Part shown: one piece after another, positions 41,501-50,208 of the stretch
Layout of the letters: every line of letters begins with the position of its first letter
Position numbering within the stretch: position 1 is the first letter of the stretch
Source: Mytilus californianus
Taxonomy: Eukaryota
Length of the DNA: 64,000 nt
NCBI RefSeq assembly: GCF_021869535.1
Contig: NW_026262637.1
Location: forward strand, 9,858,001-9,922,000
Reading direction: 5' to 3'
Notes under the pieces: generated by a model
Told to the model about the DNA's origin: nothing
The model's input: only the letters and a program-made list of their open reading frames with translations
The model's database searches: none
Translations under genes and position numbers: made by a program

Positions 41501-41879
41501 CAAAGTAAACTGTAGAAAATGTTCAAAAGAAATTGTTGACGGTCATAATTTACGAATACTTAAAAGTTCACTCCACGTCGTGTTTGATAATTCTATCTAT
41601 GGACGTATTACACGCAAGCCAATAACACACGTTGTAACTGAAGACATAAAACTGACTGATAAAGTCTCTGGTGAATGTGGACATGAATGGGGACATATAA
41701 ACCTGTACAATGACTGTGAATTAGTTGTCTTGGCTCAGAAGCATATCAAAGTATATAATGTGGCAAAACAAGGATTTATAAATATTAAGAAATGGAAGGA
41801 TGTTCCATATAAGATTGAAACAGTGGATGATGATGACATACTTGCTTTCAGAGCTAGTCAGCTTCCGACACCAGAATGA
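17538..41879 (+). CDS. RIG-I-like receptor (DExH-box dsRNA helicase) with two N-terminal Death-like domains; 17 coding exons, about 1027 aa
   Basis: Hand-assembled exons with GT-AG ends and matching phases: 17538-17562, 18599-18895, 19408-19677, 21227-21346, 21854-21919, 23182-23277, 25361-25426, 27876-28046, 28269-28351, 29695-29967, 30379-30541, 30713-30808, 36668-36858, 38608-38752, 39253-39486, 40397-40564, 41260-41879. The summed length is 3084 nt with no internal stop. Motifs: LRKYQEELA (Q), AVTNAGKT (I), [15 protein letters not shown] (Ia), DECH (II), GLTASP (III), FLIFVKTR (IV), [11 protein letters not shown] (V), QMRGRIR (VI), CTD CRKC...CGHEWG...KKW. Exon 1 is the least certain. Confidence 0.9.
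18599..18895 (+). CDS. RLR exon 2: Death domain 1
   Basis: tttaacag| acceptor and |gtaaaa donor, phase 1-1. [36 protein letters not shown]...[14 protein letters not shown]...[11 protein letters not shown]...GIADEI fits the Death-fold pattern (IG.EW..L...LG; L..W). Confidence 0.85.
19408..19677 (+). CDS. RLR exon 3: second, more divergent Death-like domain
   Basis: cattaag| acceptor and |gtatat donor, phase 1-1. [36 protein letters not shown]...[15 protein letters not shown]...ELFTVF has the same length and L..W spacing as exon 2. Confidence 0.7.
20510..21055 (+). repeat. Abundant interspersed repeat (family 1), near full-length copy in RLR intron 3
   Basis: gatgtggtatgattgccaatgagacaact...ggccttcaacaatgagcaaagccc...gaattacaggctcctgacttgggacagg; partial copies at about 978-1150, 3545-3620, 35625-35825, 47530-48000. 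Confidence 0.85.
21227..21346 (+). CDS. RLR exon 4, linker module A1
   Basis: ttgtag|...|gtaagt, 120 nt, phase 1-1; [40 protein letters not shown]. Confidence 0.75.
21854..21919 (+). CDS. RLR exon 5, linker module B1
   Basis: tttacag|...|gtaagc, 66 nt, phase 1-1; [22 protein letters not shown]. Confidence 0.75.
22330..22800 (-). repeat. Family-1 repeat, reverse orientation, RLR intron 5
   Basis: Reverse complement of the 20510-21055 copy; similar minus copies at about 34490-34625, 45390-45490, 55160-55520. Confidence 0.85.
23182..23277 (+). CDS. RLR exon 6, linker module A2 (paralogue of exon 4)
   Basis: ttttag|...|gtaagt, 96 nt, phase 1-1; [32 protein letters not shown]. Confidence 0.75.
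25361..25426 (+). CDS. RLR exon 7, linker module B2 (paralogue of exon 5)
   Basis: tttacag|...|gtaagc, 66 nt, phase 1-1; [22 protein letters not shown]. Confidence 0.75.
25600..26430 (+). repeat. Family-1 repeat interrupted by a nested insertion, RLR intron 7
   Basis: Collinear with 20510-21055 except for an extra segment at about 26018-26228. Confidence 0.8.
26018..26228 (+). mobile_element. Non-autonomous Helentron/HINE (DINE-1/pearl)-like element
   Basis: Starts aacaagaatgtgtcc, has a (GACG/GAAC)n microsatellite and a 3' palindrome gcccctaggtggggc followed by an A-run; inserted into an A-rich site. Confidence 0.6.
27876..30808 (+). CDS. RLR exons 8-12: helicase domain 1 (motifs Q, I, Ia, II, III) and start of Hel2i
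   Basis: Exons 27876-28046, 28269-28351, 29695-29967, 30379-30541 and 30713-30808 give [46 protein letters not shown] and IVGLTASPG in RIG-I order. Confidence 0.92.
30934..33071 (+). repeat. Two direct copies of an about 400-bp element (30934-31331 and 32682-33071) in RLR intron 12
   Basis: ggacagtgt...ataccctttccaaattt...gaaataactgtgttctcgggcc present twice with high identity. Confidence 0.85.
33275..33635 (+). mobile_element. About 360-bp non-autonomous element ending in a long hairpin; second copy at about 61965-62330
   Basis: cttcatgtcaaaatg...gattttgattggtt start; terminal arms tctgagagggtgatagagcagattgttacccc / ggggtaacaatctgctctatcaccctctcag. Confidence 0.75.
33700..34900. mobile_element. 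Element with degenerate internal tandem repeats of about 150-160 bp (Helentron/MITE-like)
   Basis: Recurring gatagagaaactt...aaattgatcagcaagac..gatctacaa...gacccctta units; terminal gatgagcgacacatgctctttggagcctctagtt. Confidence 0.5.
36668..40564 (+). CDS. RLR exons 13-16: Hel2i and helicase domain 2
   Basis: Exons 36668-36858 (EQTYVQW), 38608-38752 (IYAECLEMN), 39253-39486 (ENPDVQKI...[13 protein letters not shown]...FTGS) and 40397-40564 ([11 protein letters not shown]...[15 protein letters not shown]...QMR). Confidence 0.9.
38985..39049. repeat. Perfect 24-bp inverted repeat with 17-nt spacer, RLR intron 14
   Basis: taaccagactaatcttatcttcca / tggaagataagattagtctggtta. Confidence 0.9.
40903..41044. 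repeat. 42-bp minisatellite, about 3.3 copies, RLR intron 16
   Basis: tcatacggaccagctgtagctacttcctgtcatgcggactgg repeated. Confidence 0.85.
41073..41204. mobile_element. About 130-bp palindromic miniature element, RLR intron 16
   Basis: agtgttacgaacttgctgattctatattgg / ccaatacagaatcagcaagttagtaacact arms; central tattggccctcgggaccaata hairpin. Confidence 0.7.
41260..41879 (+). CDS. RLR exon 17: motif VI, pincer and RIG-I-type C-terminal RNA-binding domain
   Basis: gattttcag| acceptor; GRIR completes motif VI; FKVNCRKC...HVVFD...[11 protein letters not shown]...[11 protein letters not shown]; stop TGA at 41877-41879; overlaps supplied ORF 41343-41879. Confidence 0.92.
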
Positions 41880-42156
41880 CATAAATTAAATAGAAAGGAC
41901 AGTAACAGTTGTAAAATTCATGTTACCTTTCATGCTTCAAAAAATTAAAAAGTACTTGTATTTGCTACAGACTTTAACTTTGGTAAGGAGTTGCACAGTG
42001 TGTAGAATGCAATCAAGCGAATAGAAACGGGCATCACATTATGAGCTGGTGACCATTAGATTTAATATTTCACGCTTTATTTAGAAAAGTGTTCTTTATT
42101 GCTATGATTTGTTTCACAGAAGTGTTTGCTAAACCAAATTTAGCTACATGAGTTTC

Positions 42157-42186
<30 letters not shown>

Positions 42187-42194
<8 letters not shown>

Positions 42195-42469
42195 TCTAGA
42201 GATTTGCACAACGATACTAATATAAGATGGTATTATACGAAGATGTTGTTAATAAATCGTGTTGAAAAATATTTCGGCTTAACAAATAGCCTTCTTCGGT
42301 GAAGAAGAAGAAGGCTATTTGTTAAGCCGAAAAACAAATAGCCTTCTTCGGTGAAGAAGAAGAAGGCTATTTGTTAAGCCGAAATATTTGTCAACACGAT
42401 TTATTAACAACATCTTCGTATAATACCATCTTATATTAGTATCGTTGTGCAAATCTCTAGACTTATATA
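42187..42469. repeat. Foldback: 111-bp arms (1 mismatch) with a tandemly duplicated 52-bp apex, adjoining (TA)n
   Basis: 42187-42297 is the reverse complement of 42359-42469 except for a/c at about 42265; 42281-42332 equals 42333-42384. Confidence 0.92.
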
Positions 42470-42552
42470 ATTTTTTTCCTTATCTGCACAGTATCGTCTA
42501 TTCTAGACGATCCGGTACATAGTAAATTTGCTGGTTGGTCCTTTTTATAGAC

Positions 42553-42583
<31 letters not shown>

Positions 42584-42963
42584 CAAGTCTAAATTGAAAA
42601 CAACGTTCAAACCTATGATTGCGTTGGATAAAAACCGCAATTTTTATACGTGTGCATGTAAAACAAATTTCTTCGTAGAGGGGTCTAAATACAGCACAAA
42701 CAACATTTTCCAAAAGACCAAAAAAGTGAAAAAGTATATTTTTAACAAAACGCATTTGACTAACAGGTCGAACAACGGATGTTCTTAAACCCTGCTGACT
42801 GCCATTGGCGATTGCGAAATAAATTGATCACTAGATGTAACAAAATGGATCTTAATATTAATTTAATACCAAACAGAATATAATAAACTTGCGGAAAAGA
42901 TGATATACCAAAACATGAGGTGCAATAATTTGTACACCATATCCGGTTTATATATATATATAA

Positions 42964-43264
42964 ATAAACGCCTAAAAAGTGTACAAAACAACACCAATAC
43001 ATTAAATGTAATTATCTATAAATATTTCGGATGACAGATATCCTTCATCAGTATGATTATGATGTAAACTGAATCATATCAATCTATTCTGATTAAACTA
43101 TAACAATCTTGAAATTTATACAATAAAACAGTTAAAACCGAACACATAGACATCATAATCATACTGATGAAGGATATCTGTTATCCGAAATAGTTATAGA
43201 TAATTACGTTTAATGTTTCCTTTTTTATTATTGGTGTTATTTTGTACACTTTTTAGGCGTTTAT
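42964..43264. mobile_element. MITE-like element with about 100-bp imperfect terminal inverted repeats at TA
   Basis: ataaacgcctaaaaagtgtacaaaa...gatatccttcatcagtatgattatgatgt (42964-43065) versus its reverse complement (43150-43264, with an insertion). Confidence 0.8.
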
Positions 43265-44672
43265 ATAATTTATTTATTGTGTACATGTATCGTTACTCGT
43301 AACGATCCAGCGCCCTCGTAAGAAAGATCGTTGACTAGTATCAAGACGTTTTATATACGTTAAGTAAATGAATAGTTGTTAAAAGCATCAACATGCTAGT
43401 AGTAATTTTGATAAAACAAAGACATTTTTGAGGCTATTTCTCCTCTCCTTGAGGTTGATAATTATTATAACGTGAACATTGACATGTACGTCGTGTAGTT
43501 AGATTTGGGTGTTTGACATCACGTCTCAGATTAAAATACACATACTATAAGCATTGCTGAAAAAAAAAACAAAAGCAAAAAAAAAAAAATACACAAAAAC
43601 AAACAAAGAAAACAAAAAATAAACACAGCCGCTAATATTACAATGTACATTTTGTAAGTCGACATTAATGCCATATCATCACCATGATCACGTTACGTAT
43701 CATATCCACTGAATTGCAAAATCATCAAAAGCACTTTTTTTTATGTTGGAGTGTTCCTGAGAAGGAGGTTTTACACTTACAAATTTATTTTCATTCATAT
43801 GTAGTCTTGTATCATTTTTAATTTTAGTTTCTTGTGTATAATTTGGAGTTTAGTATGACGTCCATTATCACTGAACTAGTATACATATTTGTTTAGGGGC
43901 CAGCTGAAGGACGCCTCCGGGTGCGGGAGTTTCTCGCTGCATTGAAGACCCATTGGTGGCCTTCGGCTGTTGTCTGCTCTATGGTCGGGTTGTTGTCTCT
44001 TTGACACATTCCCAATTTCCATTCTCAATTTTATATATGTTCAAACTGTTTTTTCTTCGTATGTATACTTGATTATTGTTTTTAGCTGTTGTTTAAAATA
44101 ATGTCTTATATTATAATATGCTTTTTATGATTCCATTGATTTGATGGAAAATGGAACATCTTCTTCTTGTACTTTTTAAATGGTATGTGTTTAATATAGT
44201 TAAATTTCGCATCTTTACATTACAGGTTACAACATTATTAAAAGTCACTGAGTTCAAATATTCTTTAAGAAAATTCTGTAAAAAATTGTGCTAACCCATA
44301 TGGTTTTATGCAGAATTATTACCGAAAACTATGGTAGTTTGCCAAAAAAGTCAAAATCGAACTCTATTGCCTTACTAACTTACCAAAGTGGATACCATCA
44401 TTAAAAAAGTTGAGGTATACTTAAGTTATTGAAGGACAAATACATGTTCATTTTTCACATTCTTGCGTGTCCCATTGTATTCGGATGGCTATTATAGAAT
44501 TCCAAGAAGTTTACAAATTAATCCATTGCACAGGCAAGATTTAGTGTAACTTTCATTGGTGAAATTAAGAAAACAAAATAATTAGAATAATACAAAACAA
44601 TAATAATAGTAATTAAAAGAGGATTCTCAATTGGTCATGACTTTCGTTCTGAGTTACATGAGCAAATCCCTT

Positions 44673-44674
<2 letters not shown>

Positions 44675-44705
<31 letters not shown>

Positions 44706-44782
44706 CCAATCAACCAACCAACCAATTACTAAGTCAATCAATCAATCACCCAATTATCAATCAATCAATCAATCAATCAATG
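44675..44782. repeat. (CAAT)n/(CAAC)n microsatellite
   Basis: Direct reading; a shorter (CAAT)n run is at about 8205-8232. Confidence 0.9.
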
Positions 44783-46684
44783 ACTACTCTACCTACGTTG
44801 TAGTTATTGCATGAATATTGTCTAAATTTTGATATTTGTTTTGCATATGACCTTTTTAATTTCTCGATCATTTATACCGAAGAAAACATGTTATTTTTAC
44901 CAACGTTTTACGTGGTTACATGTGAAAAAACAACTGTGTTCTTATGAAGTGATTTTACACCACCCAGGTGTGTGAGGGGGGAGTAGCATTCGAATACATA
45001 TTCAACCCAGTCACATTCTTTGCGGGCCTGTTAGAAGTTAGGAGCCTTTAGTTCTGTTGTTTTCGTCGGTTGCTGTCTGTCATATATGTTTTTTTTCGTT
45101 TCTTCTTTATCATAAAGAGGCGACCATTTGATATTATGCGCTGGGGATAGGGGTGGCAGACGGGGTTTGACAATAAAAATCTGACCTGCTATAATTAAAA
45201 ACAAAAAATATTAAAATAACCGCGTAAAGGAAAAACGAAAGAGTAGAAACACTAGAATACCAACAAGTGACATGTACTGTTTTCTCCGTCTGACTCTCCT
45301 GATAAAGGTAAAAACCCGAAAAGTGCATCTGACTTTATAAAGTGATAAGGTTTTCCCATTTTGCCATTTGGGGCCATTTCGGTATAGGTTTTACTTATTT
45401 TGTAAGGCTCTACGGTGACCTATAGTTGCTTATATCGACATTATTTTTTCTTTGATAGGTTGTTATTGGCAATCATACGTCCTCTTTTATTTTTTATGCC
45501 TATCAATTAAGGCGTGAGCTTCAATAATTTGCCAGTGTATGGTTACTTATCTTCTTTTGCTTCCTGGTGATTCATCATCATCTTTTCATAAGATGGTATG
45601 CTAATCCCCAATTTAAATCTTGAACTTGTAGACTTTTTTTAATTGGTCTTAATAAGATGTAACGGATTATAATCCTTAGTGTTCGTGTAATATTGGCTGA
45701 TGGACCTTAGTCATCAATTCTAATCATCTTCGATAACTAACCTTTTAAACTTAAAAGTTTTGATCATGCACTCTAATTGTTAAGATTTTTAAAGTCATTT
45801 TCGTTCGTCGACTTGATCTCCGATTTAAATACTATTGATAAAACCATGATCAGGCCTCTTTCCCCCCTTTAGTAGCACGGGAAGCTCATATCTCCCCTCT
45901 TGTAGTAACATCGGGAACGTCAGTTGGATATCAATTATTCATTAAAGGATAGTAATCATTCTTTTAATTATTTTTGCGTTACCACACCATCATCGTATCA
46001 TTAAACATTCAATATTAGCTGATTTATTTATATGCGTATTGATATGAAGCAATCCCTGATTTGGTAATCACATCCATTCCCCTCCGTGAACCCTTGGTAT
46101 GTTTTACTTGACTTTCTGTAGTAGGTCGTAAGGCCCAATGGTCAACCCATGTTATAGTTCAATGAAACCCACATTTTGTCGGATGATAACTTTGTTGTAC
46201 AGATATGTTTGGAACATAATTATGATGTGACCTTGGATATGATTTCTTTATATATTTTTTGAGACCACCCGGATATGACTGCTTATTGGAGGGGTCCCAT
46301 CTTATTGAATGAACTGAAATCAATTGATGTCTTGGTTGTGTGTTTCATTTGGTAATTTTGTCCTGTCCTCGTACCATGGGCCCATATCCGTTCCATTTCA
46401 CATTTCACCCGCAAGAGAATGAAATTGCAAATCAGCGTAACATGACTGAACGAAGCCATGAAATATAAGTGCGATTTTCATGTCAGCCGTACGAATAGAT
46501 CGCATTTGTTGACAGAGTCAATATATGAATGGGGGTATTTTTTTTCGAATGACTTGACACTTGACATAATTCAATTTCAATGACTATGAAAAAAAATATG
46601 AAAGTTCATATCTAAACGAGAAATACTTAGAACTAAATACAGAAATGGAATAAAAATGTCGTTTTTCATATTTAGTTTCAAGAT

Positions 46685-46860
46685 ATCAAAAACAAAAAAC
46701 GAAAACACTTTCGTTTTTCGTTTTGGTTTTTGAAAATTAAAAACGAAAGACGAAAACACTTTTGTTTTTCGTTTTGGTTTGTGAGAAACCAAAAATGAAA
46801 AACGAAAACACTTTCGTTTTTTTGTTTTTTTGTTTTTGATTTTTCAAAATGAAAAAAAAA
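46685..46860. repeat. About 50-bp units with internal palindromes (aaaacgaaaacactttcgtttttcgtttt) x3
   Basis: Direct reading; probably subterminal repeats of a DNA transposon. Confidence 0.7.
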
Positions 46861-48673
46861 TGGACGCAAATATACACGGACCGAGGAGGACATATCTTAT
46901 TTATATCTCGTTATTGTGTAATTGTTCTCAATATGTACATGGATTGTATGTTATATATGGCGCTTGTGTTAAGCTGTCATTAAATCAATCAAGTGAAACA
47001 ACTGTCAGTGATGTTACGGGAATCTTTAAAATATAGTTAGGGAAGTTAACTGTTTAGAAAAAAAAAAACTAATAGGAAATGAAATTGGGGTTTTATCTAA
47101 AATATAAATATAGAAATCTTTAAGACTAAGTTCGGAATTTTCATTTAGTTAAGTCGGTTATATAGGCATATATGCTTTTGAAATTGTTGCAGATAGATCA
47201 ACGTAGGTCTATCCTACTGAAAGGTGTACTCTTCCAACAAGCACGCCTTTAAAATCGTATTTATGAATTGTGTTTTAAACTTCTTACCTTTCTGTGCATT
47301 TTGTTTTTCTTCAAATGAACCAAAGGTTCCAAGTGGTAAAGTATAAGTCATCCCTTCGAACATTTTACGGACGCCATCACACATTGGTTTACCGCTATGT
47401 AATAGTTGTTCCACAGATGACGATGGATATGTTCCCATTGTCGTAACCATACGACCATCCTCTTTTTCTCGTATGTGACGTACTCGAGTGAGACTTATTT
47501 TCGCCATGGCGTTGTCAATATAAAATATAGAGATGTTCTATGATTGCCAATGAGAAAGCTATTCAAACGAAGCGAATTTAAGCAATTATAGGTCATTGTA
47601 TACGGCCTTTAACAATGAGCAAAACTCGTACCGATAGTAAGTTATAAATTTGACATACTTCAAACTAAAAAAAAAAGAATGGCCTGATTTAGGATAAAAC
47701 AAATAGACGAAAAACAAATATAACAGACAGCAACCAACGACAACCTCTGAATTACAGGCTTCTGACTTGGGACAATTTTTCATAGAATGTGGCGGGGTTA
47801 AAAATGTTTGTGGGCGGTTAGGATCCCGCTAACTTGGGACAGTGATGTAACGGCACAACATAAATACAAACCGTAAAAATCAGTAGTTAGAAATAGGTTG
47901 AATCATTCGATCTGCACGACGCACAAAAATAAAATAAGCAAAAGACAAAAGACACAGAGTACTCACTGTTACTGAAAGCTAGTTCTAAGCCAATAACATG
48001 TTGGTCTTCGATTTATGAGTTTGTATATCCTTTGGTATCGTCTAACTCTCTTTTGAAATCATAGAGATGTTGAGTTTGGTTTGGTATAACAATTGACGAT
48101 TTAAATATATGTTATGTTACTACGACATAAACCTTTGGCGAATTAAAGTCTGACAAAATCTACCATATAATGAGAACGCCGTTTGAAAAACTACTATAGT
48201 ATTTCTGGTATGATGTGTAAGGTAAATGATGAGCGTTAGACCATATGGTCATTAAATTGAAATATTCGACGCATTTTGTCTTTTTGTTCAAATAAGGAAA
48301 AGATATGTTATCATTTTTTACAAAACTACTCTAAAATATTGTTTTTCTTTTAATTGTTAATTTTTAATTCTATGGCGTGTCAAACGTTGCAATATTCACA
48401 AAAAATCAAATATATGTTCATAAAAATAAATAATTGTTCTTGGAAATTAAATATTTGTTCATAAAAACAAAATATTTATTCACAAAACCAAAATATGTGT
48501 TCATAAAAAATAATATATATCTATTCATAAAAATAGATATATATTCATAAAATTAGATATATATATTGATTTTTTTATTTTGATATTTTGAATATAAACA
48601 TCCGATGAGAAACGAAGCTCTTTTCTGGATATACCATCATCAGGAATCAGATAGATTTATAATTACAATTTAA

Positions 48674-49063
48674 GGAAGTTCGCTACTCAGTTTCAAAATA
48701 ACAAGCTTTTCATAACACTAGTATATATTGATAGGGGATTAATAAAGGAACAAAAAGAGCAAAAATAAAATATAGGTCAATGTGCTTATTTTCGAGATAT
48801 TAGCCATTGAAATTTTGGCGGGAAATATTCTCTCTTGATTTTTCTAAGCTTTATCATTGACAAGTTAAAGTTCTCAAAAACTATTAAAAAATAATTAAGA
48901 TTTTATAAGACTTTCACAGATGGCTTATAATTATGCATGTAAAAGATTTTTAAAAAGAAAAATGGGGGTCAATGGGCATATTTTTTGAAGGCATACAAAT
49001 AGATAAAACCAGAGGATTCCGAAAATCTGACAAAAAATCCAAAAACATGACAAGCTAACTTCC
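48674..49063. mobile_element. Kolobok-like non-autonomous DNA transposon (390 bp)
   Basis: TTAA on both sides (48670-48673 and 49064-49067); TIRs GGAAGTTCGCT / AGCTAACTTCC (10 of 11 match). Confidence 0.75.
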
Positions 49064-50135
49064 TTAATTTTCGAATTCAAAGGGTTGAAAAGTGGCCTTA
49101 TCATTCACTTCTATTCGAATATCTAAGACTGCAAAAAATATGTGGCTAGTGGGTTGAGACACAGACATATTGAATCAATCAACCAATTCGTGATCATGGT
49201 TACCGTAAAACTTAGTTTGTGTCGATTTCAGTCATCCGTCCTGATAACTCTGTAGGAGAAGTCTTTGTGTGAGTAGCATGCCCCTGCTTATAACGTCCAT
49301 ATAGTGTGATTGTGCATGAGCGTAACGTATCAATAGAGATATGTAAACGTTATATCAAAATATTCAGTCAAAGTGAAAACAAATAAGCGTTCAAAACCAA
49401 GATGCACAATTTTAGCCGGTGTGACACAGAATTGGTTGAAATCTGCATGCATTTCAATTGCATTTTTGTCTTCATAACAGCTTTTCGTGTTATTTTAAGT
49501 TGAAATATTTCCTACAGTTCAAACAAATTTTTAGTCAAGATTATTTCCATTATATATATGACAGTATAAGCATTGCTTTAAATAACAATCAAATCTTAAT
49601 TAAAAACAAAGACAACTTAATATAATTTGTTCTGTTTTGACGGTTTCCAAGCAATTATTTCTCATCTGAAGGGTTTAAAGAAGCGACAAGTTTGAATCAT
49701 CAAACAATAGAAAATCATAAGAACTGCTGAAATCATCATAAATGAAACGGAGCGCACGTTCCTGCTTTTTATTGTAAATTTTATTTGTGCTTTTATTTTA
49801 CACTCAAAATTGTTTAGTCAAAGGACAATAGCTGTAAGTTTACACCTGTTAAATGCCATTTGATTTCCTTGACGCTTTTCCAAAAACTATTGGAAAATTA
49901 TCAACGTAACAGGGAAATACATAATCAGGTGAAGGTTTCGTAAAACATTTGGCCATTTGACGAAAATATAAAAGATTAAACGACTTTTTTTATCTATTCA
50001 AACGTTTGTTGATTAAGGTATTAACAAATGCACACATATTATTCAACGGATATAGAATATAAATCAATACAACTAAAAAATTCTGAGTTTATAAATGACC
50101 AAAAATTGATAGGTACAGGAAGAAATAAAATTTCC

Positions 50136-50151
50136 GTTTTGCTTTCGGTTC
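50136..50151. promoter_or_regulatory. IRF-E-like motif upstream of TLR start
   Basis: GTTTTGCTTTCGGTTC (reverse GAACCGAAAGCAAAAC), about 60 bp before ATG 50209. Confidence 0.35.
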
Positions 50152-50208
50152 TCCCAATTAGATAAATTTCAACTTACCATCACCTTAGCTACACACAAAT
50201 GTTTAAGC

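Noticed and set aside
45500-46400. Coding-like composition on the minus strand
   Set aside because: Stops occur in all frames and no motif could be recognised; probably an old TE remnant. It needs BLASTx.
46577-46893. Two 71-aa ORFs with repeated KPKRKTKVF / KNEKQKCF
   Set aside because: Translation artefacts of the palindromic 50-bp repeat.
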